Positions 8,866-17,114 of a stretch of 64,000 bases of DNA are shown in pieces. Position 1 is the stretch's first letter. Each line of letters begins with the position of its first letter. The notes beneath the pieces are model-generated. The model saw only the letters and a program-made list of their open reading frames with translations. It was not told the DNA's origin and searched no databases. The translations under genes were made by a program, and so were the position numbers. Origin of the DNA: Escherichia coli (GTDB taxonomy: Bacteria; Pseudomonadota; Gammaproteobacteria; Enterobacterales; Enterobacteriaceae). The DNA lies in assembly GCF_024700885.2 (NCBI RefSeq), contig NZ_CP117014.1. One strand, 5' to 3'.

Positions 8866-10386
8866 ATGACCACTATTACCAAAGAACGTATTGAATTGTT
8901 CATTAAAAATCCGCTTGAAAACGGGCTTACCCGTGGTGAACAAATGGAACTGGCACGGATTGCGCTGGCATCGCTGGAAGCAGATCCAGTTAAACGAGTT
9001 AACTCAGATCAGATGCGCCGAGTCTGCTTAGAAGCTAATCGCCATTTAGATAAATATGACGCGATGGCGAAAGAGGTAAATAAGTTGCTTGGACGCATCG
9101 CCCCGCCAGCGCCGGTAGTGCCGGAAGAAGCAACTCCGGAAAACGTAGAAATGCTCTCTGGCTATGTTTCCACGTACAAATTAACCGATAGCGAGCGCGA
9201 TATTGCTGCCGAAATATGGAACGCCTGCCGCACCGCCATGCTTCAGTCCGGAAACTTTCGGGAAAGCAAGAATTCGTCAACCAATAATTTTCGGGAAATC
9301 GCGGAAACGTCAACCAACTATCCGGTAATTCCTAGTGAGGTGTTGTCAGCAATCCTGAAGTTTGCCAGAGTTCGTGCCGATTTCGATGATTTTGACGGTG
9401 ACAGGCGAGGTATCGGTGATTGTCTGGATGAGGCCGAGCAAGAGCTTATCGTTACCATTAACAAATATGCCAGTCAGTTGGCAGCAGAACCGATAGCGAC
9501 TAATGACGTTCGAGAGCAAACAGCCGTTCCGCCAATACAGGCTGATGTCGCGCAAGCAATTGAAAATCTCAAGCAGAAGTTAGTGGAATGCAATCGCTAT
9601 AACTACTGCGCAGATGCAGTTAAAGGCGTAGAGGATGCCAGCCGCGTCTTGGCACTCCAAAATCAAAATATGTCAGCACCGGTAACGCCGGAGGCCATTG
9701 AAAACGCAATTGAATATATCCGCAGTATCGCTTTTCACATCGATGAAGACGATTACCACGGCAAGCATATTGCGTATTTCATGCGACAAGCATTGGCCTG
9801 GCTGGAAGGGCATTCATGCAGCGACGACAGGCTGGGTAAGGCCGACAATCAACCCGCATCTGGTAACCAGTCTGCCGAATCCAATCGCGGTAATGAGTGG
9901 ACCGGCAATCCTGATATTGATAACGCCATCATCATGCTCGACCGCATAGATACGGCGGAAAGTTGCGATGATGACCGTATTGAGGCCGTTAAGGCTGTGT
10001 TGCGTAGACTGGCAGGCAACTATCCGGATATTCCGGATAGTTCGGTGCCAGCGCCAGGAAAGGGCGTCACCGGTGAACGTATCCGCATTAAGCCGCATGT
10101 TTATCGCGAACTGGTTAACCGTCTCCACGATACAGCGATCAAGTGTGCTGGCACCCAGCAATTACGAGAAAGAATTAGCCGTGTTTTGGGCGACGTTATT
10201 ACACCAGATCATCATAAACAAGCCGAGAAAAGTGGCCTGGAAAGGTGTCGCCTTGAGGCGGCATTAAACATTAAGCCGGGGCATACGCTTGGCATTATTG
10301 ATGCACTATTGGTTCATAAGATGGCCAGGGCTTTATTGCCGCTGGTGGCTGAAAAGCATGAGGTGGACCATGCCAACGAAAGCTGA
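8866..10386 (+). CDS. Hypothetical 506-aa modular protein
   Basis: N-terminal module shared with 8180 ORF; C-terminal PHVYRELVNRLHDTAIKCAGTQQLRERI module shared with 1139-1750 protein; RBS AAGGAG. Confidence 0.45.
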   Translation: MTTITKERIELFIKNPLENGLTRGEQMELARIALASLEADPVKRVNSDQMRRVCLEANRHLDKYDAMAKEVNKLLGRIAPPAPVVPEEATPENVEMLSGYVSTYKLTDSERDIAAEIWNACRTAMLQSGNFRESKNSSTNNFREIAETSTNYPVIPSEVLSAILKFARVRADFDDFDGDRRGIGDCLDEAEQELIVTINKYASQLAAEPIATNDVREQTAVPPIQADVAQAIENLKQKLVECNRYNYCADAVKGVEDASRVLALQNQNMSAPVTPEAIENAIEYIRSIAFHIDEDDYHGKHIAYFMRQALAWLEGHSCSDDRLGKADNQPASGNQSAESNRGNEWTGNPDIDNAIIMLDRIDTAESCDDDRIEAVKAVLRRLAGNYPDIPDSSVPAPGKGVTGERIRIKPHVYRELVNRLHDTAIKCAGTQQLRERISRVLGDVITPDHHKQAEKSGLERCRLEAALNIKPGHTLGIIDALLVHKMARALLPLVAEKHEVDHANES

Positions 10387-10654
10387 ATTACAGGTGCGCG
10401 TAGATGAGCTTGAAAAAGAGAACGCGAGCCTCAAAAAAATGCTGTCGCGGGCGGAAAGGGAATTATCAGGCAAATTATTGCCAGAAGAACTGCCACCAGC
10501 AGATATACCTGATCGAGTGTCCTGGTGGATGAAGTATTTCCGTGCACCGTGGGAGGCGTTTTGGTGCTACGACCATCGCAGATGGTGTGATGAGCTTGAT
10601 AGCAGTTTCCCCTATTTTGCAGAAGGGAACTCTTGCCCTGAATGTAGGCGTTAA
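10370..10654 (+). CDS. Small Cys-motif protein (tandem paralog 1)
   Basis: Ends WCYDHRRWCDELDSSFPYFAEGNSCPECRR; paralogous to next ORF. Confidence 0.4.
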   Translation: MPTKAELQVRVDELEKENASLKKMLSRAERELSGKLLPEELPPADIPDRVSWWMKYFRAPWEAFWCYDHRRWCDELDSSFPYFAEGNSCPECRR

Positions 10655-10959
10655 TGATGACCGGCGAGCTTTATTTTAAAATGGCACGGGAGCGGCGTGT
10701 GCATCTGGATCGGATATTTCATCTCCAGAAGAGAGTAGAAGAACTGGAACGTCGTCTGAACTGTTATCCTGTTGATATGGTGTCTGCAATACCGCCGATT
10801 CCAATAGAAATGCAGATCCGCCTATGGATGGAAGAATATGGAATGCCGTGGGAGATATTTTTCTGCTTCGACCATAAACAGTGGGTAGATGAGCTGGATA
10901 ATAGTTTCCCATATTTCACAGAGAACACATGCCCAGTATGCAGGAAGAACGGAATATGA
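10654..10959 (+). CDS. Small Cys-motif protein (tandem paralog 2)
   Basis: Ends FCFDHKQWVDELDNSFPYFTENTCPVCRK. Confidence 0.4.
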   Translation: MMTGELYFKMARERRVHLDRIFHLQKRVEELERRLNCYPVDMVSAIPPIPIEMQIRLWMEEYGMPWEIFFCFDHKQWVDELDNSFPYFTENTCPVCRKNGI

Positions 10960-11480
10960 CAAAATTTGGAAAGCTGGAAGCTCATTTGCTAACTCGCAAC
11001 TACCGCCATGATATACACCCATATAGACAGTGGATCGATGAAAGCGAAGGAGTAGTTACATTCCCTCTCTACAGGTTTGATGGGATGTTGGCTGGGTATC
11101 AGACATATAGACCAGGTGCACCTAAGCAGCATAGCAATCCGAAGATGGCCCGGTATTTCACGCGATCACACGGCAGACAGTTACTTTGGGGAACCTATCT
11201 TCCTTTAAAAGATGGCCCAATATGGATAACTGAGTCTATTTTTAAGAGCGCAGCTGTACACAACGCGGGCGGCAATTCGTGGGCGCTGTTAGGTTCAACT
11301 TTCTCCGCAGGATTACGCCGTCAACTTGCGATGCTGCCGTATGACTTTCGCGTAATAGGTGACAATGATGCGGCTGGTGAATCACTTGTGAAGTCTTTCG
11401 GAAAAGGTTTTGTGGCCCCGGATCTTGACGAGCTACAACCACATGAAGTGTCTCATTTGATTTTTAGCCATAGCCAATAA
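10956..11480 (+). CDS. Stand-alone Toprim-domain protein
   Basis: ESIFKSAAVHNAG ... VIGDNDAAGE resembles the Toprim conserved Glu and DxD motifs; ATGA overlap with the previous stop. Confidence 0.45.
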   Translation: MTKFGKLEAHLLTRNYRHDIHPYRQWIDESEGVVTFPLYRFDGMLAGYQTYRPGAPKQHSNPKMARYFTRSHGRQLLWGTYLPLKDGPIWITESIFKSAAVHNAGGNSWALLGSTFSAGLRRQLAMLPYDFRVIGDNDAAGESLVKSFGKGFVAPDLDELQPHEVSHLIFSHSQ

Positions 11481-11690
11481 GCATCTCTCCCCTTTGAGGT
11501 CACAATTAGTGGCCTTAAACAATGTGTTTTCTACCTCGATTTAGCCTTTATTATCGTTTTGCATTTCTCTAATCCGGGCAACGAGGTTACGCTGATTCGT
11601 TGGTGATGAATAGTAGCAAAGCGCACAAAATCATCTGCGGTGGTTGATGTACGTAACGCGTTTGCACCAAATGTGTCTCTTTAATGTATA

Positions 11691-11706
11691 CTGTATAAAT
11701 GAACAG
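11691..11706 (+). promoter_or_regulatory. LexA (SOS) box upstream of humD
   Basis: CTGTATAAATGAACAG fits CTGT-N8-ACAG, 22 bp upstream of the humD ATG. Confidence 0.6.
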
Positions 11707-11727
11707 TATTATTGAGGTGAAAACGCT

Positions 11728-12117
11728 ATGGGCTTCCCTTCTCCTGCGGCGGACTATGTTGAAAGCCGAATTTCTCTTGATCAGCAACTAATCAGGCATC
11801 CATCAGCGACATACTTCATGCGGGCGGCAGACAGCCATCACCGTGAGGGAATATTGCAGGGTGCTTTGCTGGTGGTTGATTCTTCGCTTACTCCAGTTGA
11901 TGGTTCGCTGCTTGTGTGCGCTATGGAGGGAGAATATCGCGTAAAAAGATACCGGAAGTATCCGCGCCAGCACCTGGAGGATTTAAGCACCGGGAAGAAA
12001 GAGGCGTTACCAGTAGATGACGATGGTTACACGGGTAGTAATGCTGTTTTTGGTGTGATCACCCACATTATCAATGACGCCAGGGGCGGTGAATTTGATG
12101 ATAGTCCTGCTATATGA
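11728..12117 (+). CDS. humD: HumD (UmuD-prime homolog, S24 peptidase-like)
   Basis: 129 aa starting MGFPSPAADYVE; P1 synteny humD-phd-doc; LexA box upstream. Confidence 0.65.
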   Translation: MGFPSPAADYVESRISLDQQLIRHPSATYFMRAADSHHREGILQGALLVVDSSLTPVDGSLLVCAMEGEYRVKRYRKYPRQHLEDLSTGKKEALPVDDDGYTGSNAVFGVITHIINDARGGEFDDSPAI

Positions 12118-12251
12118 TTTGTTTTCAGAGAAACCATAGAGAGGCATGACTGGATCTATATCGCCCTGGCCATTTAAATGATTCCTCCCATTAGACGCGG
12201 TTACTCACTTGAAGATAAGATGAGGTTATAATTCTCTTTTTAGGTACGCGA

Positions 12252-12674
12252 ATGAGTTCGTCTGCTTTTGTCACTGTTGTCACTGGAGTAAGCGTTTTTG
12301 TCCTAGGTCGACTCATCATCAAGGGGGTTGAGTCTTACATTTCATTCAAGGAACAGTTGGGGGAAATATCGCATCTGTTATTGTCTAACCAAGCAAAGCT
12401 ATCGAATCCCCGCTCTGACTTAAAACAAGAAATCATCCATGATTTGAAAGATGCGGCAGCACAGTTACGGGTGAAGTACGAACTATTACCTTTCTATATC
12501 AAAATGTTACACATCGGTTTTCGCCTTGTTCCATCAGAAACTGAAATTCGTAAAGCGGCGCAAGAATTGAATCTGATAGCCTCGATACATGATGGTAAAA
12601 CCGGAGAGCTGCCATATGAGCACATAGCCAAGATTGGATTACTGCTCAGAATTCCAACCACTTATTCTGCTTAA
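12252..12674 (+). CDS. Moron: membrane-anchored protein inserted between humD and phd
   Basis: N-terminal TM helix FVTVVTGVSVFVLGRLII; own TATAAT at 12226-12231; AT-richer than flanks; P1 has humD directly followed by phd. Confidence 0.5.
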   Translation: MSSSAFVTVVTGVSVFVLGRLIIKGVESYISFKEQLGEISHLLLSNQAKLSNPRSDLKQEIIHDLKDAAAQLRVKYELLPFYIKMLHIGFRLVPSETEIRKAAQELNLIASIHDGKTGELPYEHIAKIGLLLRIPTTYSA

Positions 12675-12782
12675 TCCCAGCAATTGCAAGACTGCATCTC
12701 GAGGATTTAAGGCACCAAGAAGTGGTATTCAGCATCATTAAAACCTATAATTGCGTACACATAACGAGCACACGAGGTGTTT

Positions 12783-13004
12783 ATGCAATCCATTAACTTC
12801 CGTACCGCGCGCGGCAACCTTTCTGAAGTGCTCAACAATGTTGAAGCCGGGGAAGAGGTTGAAATCACCCGCAGAGGCCGTGAGCCAGCAGTAATTGTCA
12901 GCAAGGCTACTTTTGAAGCCTACAAAAAAGCGGCGCTGGATGCCGAATTTGCATCCCTGTTTGACACCCTGGACTCCACCAACAAGGAACTGGTTAACCG
13001 ATAA
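12783..13004 (+). CDS. phd: Phd antitoxin
   Basis: [73 protein letters not shown] matches my memory of P1 Phd across the full length. Confidence 0.85.
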
Positions 13005-13384
13005 TGAGGCATATATCACCGGAAGAACTTATTGCGCTTCATGATGCGAATATAAGCCGCTACGGCGGCCTGCCGGGAATGTCAGATCCGGGTAGGGCAG
13101 AGGCCATTATCGGGAGAGTTCAGGCCAGAGTTGCCTACGAAGAGATCACCGACCTTTTCGAAGTCTCCGCCACCTACCTGGTGGCTACGGCGAGAGGGCA
13201 TATATTCAATGATGCCAATAAGCGTACCGCGCTAAACAGTGCGCTGCTATTTCTACGCCGTAACGGTATACAGGTATATGATGATCCCGTGCTGGTGGAG
13301 CTTGCAGTGGGGGCTGCAACTGGTGAAATCCCCGTATCTTCAGTAGCGAAAAAACTACGTGAACTATATGGTTCCAATATTTGA
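13004..13384 (+). CDS. doc: Doc toxin (Fic-fold kinase)
   Basis: 126 aa with [10 protein letters not shown] Fic-type motif; near-identical to recalled P1 Doc; ATGA overlap with phd. Confidence 0.85.
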
Positions 13385-13385
13385 A

Positions 13386-13415
13386 AAGAAGCCCGCTCAA
13401 CCAGGCGGGCTTCTT
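13386..13415. terminator. Bidirectional rho-independent terminator between convergent doc and 13420 gene
   Basis: AAGAA-GCCCGC-tcaaccag-GCGGGC-TTCTT hairpin with flanking A/T runs. Confidence 0.55.
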
Positions 13416-13419
13416 ACTA

Positions 13420-14514
13420 TCACTCAATGATTTTTTCTGCTGTCAGCCAGCTAATTTCTTGCCTGTCTTTCGGCGGTTTTAGCATGTGGGCGTATTCAGC
13501 GACATTCTCCCACGGAATTGTTTTTGCCCACTCAACGATAGCATTGTGATCTGCAGTGAAGAGTGGAATGGTGTGCGATTTCAACCATTCTAATGTCGTG
13601 ACGCCATGTTTTTTGGCGTGGTGCTGCGCATGATGCCGGGCTATCACTCGTAATGGTATTGTCCATTCACTACCATCAGGCATCGAAAAGCGCATTGTCT
13701 TCGGCATATCTGATTCAAGAACAGCCTCCCTAATACCAGGGAACTCACCAAGAATCATACGACGATAGTCATCACTATTTCGCCCGCCATACCTTTCGGC
13801 AAAATGATCAAGATATTCTTGGGTAATAAATGGTGAATCCTCCGCACTCAGCTTAATGGCTTTATATACACCACTCGGATTATCTTCAGCTAAAGCACGT
13901 CCATGATGTGAATCATAAAAAAAGCCTATTTCCTCTGGTGACGGAATTGAAGTGAGCAATATGCGTGAATCACCACTAGTCATGCTTGCCCACACAATGC
14001 TGTATGCCCGATCGCTGATATGTGCGGAATCCACAATAATGAATAAAAGATGGTCGGCGTAGTGACCTGCAATGCTATCTTCATAGTTAAGGCGGAAGTT
14101 ACAAAAGCACATTCCCCAAAATTCATTGAACATCAGACCGCTATCACCGACCTTAAAATACTCAATGATAAAAGGTTGTTTTTTCAGCAATGCCTCCCAA
14201 CATTGCCACACATATGCAACAATTCCTCTTTTGCAAACATTTGATTTTGGATAAACAATTACTGTCCGGGAATCAGGATACATAATCGTATAAAGGGTAC
14301 TAATAACAGCAAGCACTTGCGGTCGTCCGATCCCATACGGAGTGGTGACAGTAGCTTTTGCATTATTGGGCTGTATAGCTTCAACAATTTGTTGTTGCTG
14401 GTGGCTTAAATCAATATCAAACAATTCTTTTGCTGCCAGTACCCAATTGTCTTTATATTTCTCCACCAGCGACAGCCAGCGCGGATCTTTATAAATATTG
14501 CTCTTAGTCGCCAT
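13420..14514 (-). CDS. Terminase large-subunit (PacB) paralog with degenerate Walker A/B motifs
   Basis: Aligns with PacB (19603-21111): DPRW, SHQQQQI, FYDSHH, SPF, EYGGR shared; Walker A GHGTGKS replaced by PYGIGRP, Walker B ILDEAS by IVDSAH; divergent shorter C-terminus. Start set at MATKSNIYKD (ATG 14514). Confidence 0.6.
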   Translation of the reverse strand: MATKSNIYKDPRWLSLVEKYKDNWVLAAKELFDIDLSHQQQQIVEAIQPNNAKATVTTPYGIGRPQVLAVISTLYTIMYPDSRTVIVYPKSNVCKRGIVAYVWQCWEALLKKQPFIIEYFKVGDSGLMFNEFWGMCFCNFRLNYEDSIAGHYADHLLFIIVDSAHISDRAYSIVWASMTSGDSRILLTSIPSPEEIGFFYDSHHGRALAEDNPSGVYKAIKLSAEDSPFITQEYLDHFAERYGGRNSDDYRRMILGEFPGIREAVLESDMPKTMRFSMPDGSEWTIPLRVIARHHAQHHAKKHGVTTLEWLKSHTIPLFTADHNAIVEWAKTIPWENVAEYAHMLKPPKDRQEISWLTAEKIIE

Positions 14515-15271
14515 CTGCCACTTCCTTAACTTCTTCTTTGGCCTGTTCTGCAATCGCCGCACGGCATTTCGCCCTGGCTGTAGCGATTGCTTCAGCTCGC
14601 ACATCGTCTGGAATCGTTGACGTGATATACATATCCAGTTCTTCGGCACGGAATACTGTTTGGTCCAGATATTCGCGTAGCATCCAGGTAAATTCGAAAT
14701 CACACGCGATAATCTCTGCGCTACCTTCTGCACCATTTGGGAAATGAATAAATGCCTGTTTAGCCAAACCGATAACACGACATGCGGTTGCCAAAACAGC
14801 GACAACTAGGTTTACATTTTCACACGCTACGGGCTGGTTAACGCCGGAGATTACTCCATTTAACTGTCGGTTATATGGAAGGTAGTTTGAGATGCGTTCT
14901 ACGCGCCATGTGCCAGTCAGGCTGCCATTTTTAAATATAATTGGTGTAACGGATAGCCCAAGCTCGCGTATAAGTCGTTGCGCTATAGCAGGATCATTAA
15001 ACAGGTCTAATGCTACACATTCGAAAGACTGCGCAAGGGCAAACAGTTCTTCCAGAGAGTAGTCTTTGCCCCTGGCGGTGATGTAACGACGAACGCCGCT
15101 GTCTGCATCACTCCATATAGCTACGCCATGCTCTTCATTCAGCTCTTCATTAAAGCCGAGATACGTCATGATAGTGCGTTCAATCGTGTCAAACGGCAGT
15201 GACATGTCGGCGTTAACAGCCACCAGCAGGCCATTACGCAAGCGGTATTGAATTGTTTTAGTGCTTTCCAT
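14504..15271 (-). CDS. Hypothetical 255-aa protein
   Basis: ORF tightly coupled within the six-gene minus-strand operon. Confidence 0.4.
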   Translation of the reverse strand: MESTKTIQYRLRNGLLVAVNADMSLPFDTIERTIMTYLGFNEELNEEHGVAIWSDADSGVRRYITARGKDYSLEELFALAQSFECVALDLFNDPAIAQRLIRELGLSVTPIIFKNGSLTGTWRVERISNYLPYNRQLNGVISGVNQPVACENVNLVVAVLATACRVIGLAKQAFIHFPNGAEGSAEIIACDFEFTWMLREYLDQTVFRAEELDMYITSTIPDDVRAEAIATARAKCRAAIAEQAKEEVKEVADGD

Positions 15272-15277
15272 GTCAAA

Positions 15278-15718
15278 TCACTCCACAACAAACCAGTCAC
15301 AGGCCAGCAGGTCGCCAACTGAAGGCACCCACGGAACAACTACACCTTGTGCATTTTTTAAGGCGAAATAAGCACCATACGGAACGAGGTCGCCGGGGAA
15401 ATATCCCTTAATGGCTTCCATTCGTGCCGGGTACTGTCCTTCAGGAACCAGCCAGCAGAATTGGTTTTCGCCGTTCCACCCGCGTCGAGCAACTTTCTTG
15501 CCTTCCTTCAGCCACATCAGCGCGTCTGAAAAGTCGGCTGCTTCAAGGTCGATTTCTTCTTGCTGGGTGGTGATGCCACCAGCAGAAATAGTTACGCTCC
15601 CGGTAAGATTAATCATCACGCCGTTGTCATCCGTAATGATGACCGTGGTTCCATTTTTTTTGTGAGCTTTGTATTTGGGACGGAACTTAAAAAGCTCTTT
15701 CGTTGCCATGTTATTCAT
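15278..15718 (-). CDS. DUF2829-like protein (Tad2-like candidate) with N-terminal extension
   Basis: C-terminal half FSDALMWLKEGKKVARRGWNG...VPWVPSVGDLLACDWFVVE fits my recollection of the DUF2829 signature. Confidence 0.45.
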   Translation of the reverse strand: MNNMATKELFKFRPKYKAHKKNGTTVIITDDNGVMINLTGSVTISAGGITTQQEEIDLEAADFSDALMWLKEGKKVARRGWNGENQFCWLVPEGQYPARMEAIKGYFPGDLVPYGAYFALKNAQGVVVPWVPSVGDLLACDWFVVE

Positions 15719-15732
15719 AGTCTTTTCTCTGC

Positions 15733-16227
15733 TTATAACTTTTCGTACTGAAGCGGTGAACGCTTAATTTCAAAGTGGCCTTCCGATGTGCTACCAAAGC
15801 CACCAGCACCACGCTCCGTTTCGTTGAGTTCCTCAACCTCGACTAGTGAGACTTGTTCAACACGCTCAAAAATTCCTTGCATGACAGCCATTCCAGGCTT
15901 GAGACAAACGCCTTCCCCGCCGGGATCAGTAATCAGTTTTGCCATGATTTCGCCGCGATAATCGGAGTCGATAATTCCTACGCAGTTAGCCAGGCGAGTA
16001 TGTTTTTTGCAGCCCAATCCTGATCGCGGATAGAGTTTCAGACACCAGCCGGGCGGGATCTCCATAGCCAGTCCGGTATACACCCACCAGCTTGAGGAAA
16101 TTGCACCATTGCTATCGACGCATGGTTTTATTTCAACAGCCTCAAAATCCATCGCCGCCGATCCGGAGGTGGCATAAGCTGGAAGTTTTGCTGCCGGATG
16201 TAGGCGTTTCACTTTTACGTAAATCAT
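15733..16227 (-). CDS. dut: dUTPase (trimeric dUTP diphosphatase)
   Basis: Motifs SAAMDF, PRSG, GIIDSDYRGEI and RGAGGFGSTS. Confidence 0.75.
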   Translation of the reverse strand: MIYVKVKRLHPAAKLPAYATSGSAAMDFEAVEIKPCVDSNGAISSSWWVYTGLAMEIPPGWCLKLYPRSGLGCKKHTRLANCVGIIDSDYRGEIMAKLITDPGGEGVCLKPGMAVMQGIFERVEQVSLVEVEELNETERGAGGFGSTSEGHFEIKRSPLQYEKL

Positions 16228-16706
16228 TGTTTTTTAGCTCTCTGCGTGAAGGTGTAAACCCGACGTTTGATATGTGGAACGGTAGGAACAGGAAGACAGG
16301 AACTTTCAATAACTCCTTGCTCATCCAGCGATCGCACCGCCCGCAAGAACTGCGACGTGTCGCCGCCAAACTGGCGGGCATAGGTGCTGCCGTTATGAAG
16401 TATTTGAGCTATTACCCGAGTTTTTGTCTGGCTGTCACGATATGCGAATAGCCGCACGGCCTCTTCTGGCGCAATCGCTAACTGATAGCCTTTCCCGGCA
16501 CGGTGTCGAATGAATCCATGCGCCAGTAGGTTTTTGAGTTCGTTACGAGTGCGAACAGATCCGTAACCCAGGAAGTGTGGATTGATAACGACTGGCTTAA
16601 ACCATTCCGTAGGTGCTTTAGCTAATAGAGCTAACAGCTTCCCGGATAATTCTGGATAGGAAGACGGGTAACAATTCAGAGATGGGTAATAAGTTTTCAC
16701 CGACAC
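16224..16706 (-). CDS. Hypothetical 160-aa protein
   Basis: ORF with 4-bp overlap to the downstream gene. Confidence 0.35.
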   Translation of the reverse strand: MSVKTYYPSLNCYPSSYPELSGKLLALLAKAPTEWFKPVVINPHFLGYGSVRTRNELKNLLAHGFIRHRAGKGYQLAIAPEEAVRLFAYRDSQTKTRVIAQILHNGSTYARQFGGDTSQFLRAVRSLDEQGVIESSCLPVPTVPHIKRRVYTFTQRAKKQ

Positions 16707-17041
16707 CCCCTTGCAGGATATCGACCGGCATTAGTATCCGGTGCAATAAAGCCGGTAGTGGGGCGAGTGAAAGCGAGATTAATCTTCTCGACCATAGTGC
16801 GATAATTTTCCTGATAGTGGGCCAGGAGTTTTTCGGCGGCAATGATGGTTACTTTCCGGACGTAGCTTTCTGCTTCCTCCAGATTTCGCCAGTTTTTTTC
16901 GAGGGTAAACACAGGGACGGCCTCAAGCCCGGTCATGATGCCGAACACAACGACAGCATGACTGTTCTTAACACCAGCGGCGAAGGTTACGGTGTAACCA
17001 TCCACCTTGAAGCGTCTTGATTCCGTGATTTGACTCTGCAA
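16697..17041 (-). CDS. Hypothetical 114-aa protein, first gene of the operon (P1 c8 position)
   Basis: ORF preceded on its upstream side by the TGTTAGAA operator-like motif at 17099-17106. Confidence 0.35.
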   Translation of the reverse strand: MQSQITESRRFKVDGYTVTFAAGVKNSHAVVVFGIMTGLEAVPVFTLEKNWRNLEEAESYVRKVTIIAAEKLLAHYQENYRTMVEKINLAFTRPTTGFIAPDTNAGRYPARGCR

Positions 17042-17098
17042 AGCACCCTCCTAAATAGGCGAGGGTACTTTACAGCAAAGGCGTTAATCTAAAAAGAT

Positions 17099-17106
17099 GT
17101 GTTAGA
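17099..17106 (-). promoter_or_regulatory. Operator-like motif (TGTTAGAA) upstream of the 17041-13420 operon
   Basis: Same motif family as 937-944 and others. Confidence 0.4.
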
Positions 17107-17114
17107 AATTTAAT

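Noticed and set aside
14504-14805. Upstream extension of the terminase-paralog ORF to 461 aa
   Set aside because: The extension overlaps the upstream 255-aa gene by 300 bp; alignment with PacB and a proper ATG at 14514 support the shorter form.
15733-16227. dCTP deaminase-type nucleotide-depletion defence enzyme
   Set aside because: Motif III GIIDSDYRGEI and motif V RGAGGFGSTS are classic dUTPase; short length; no fused kinase domain.
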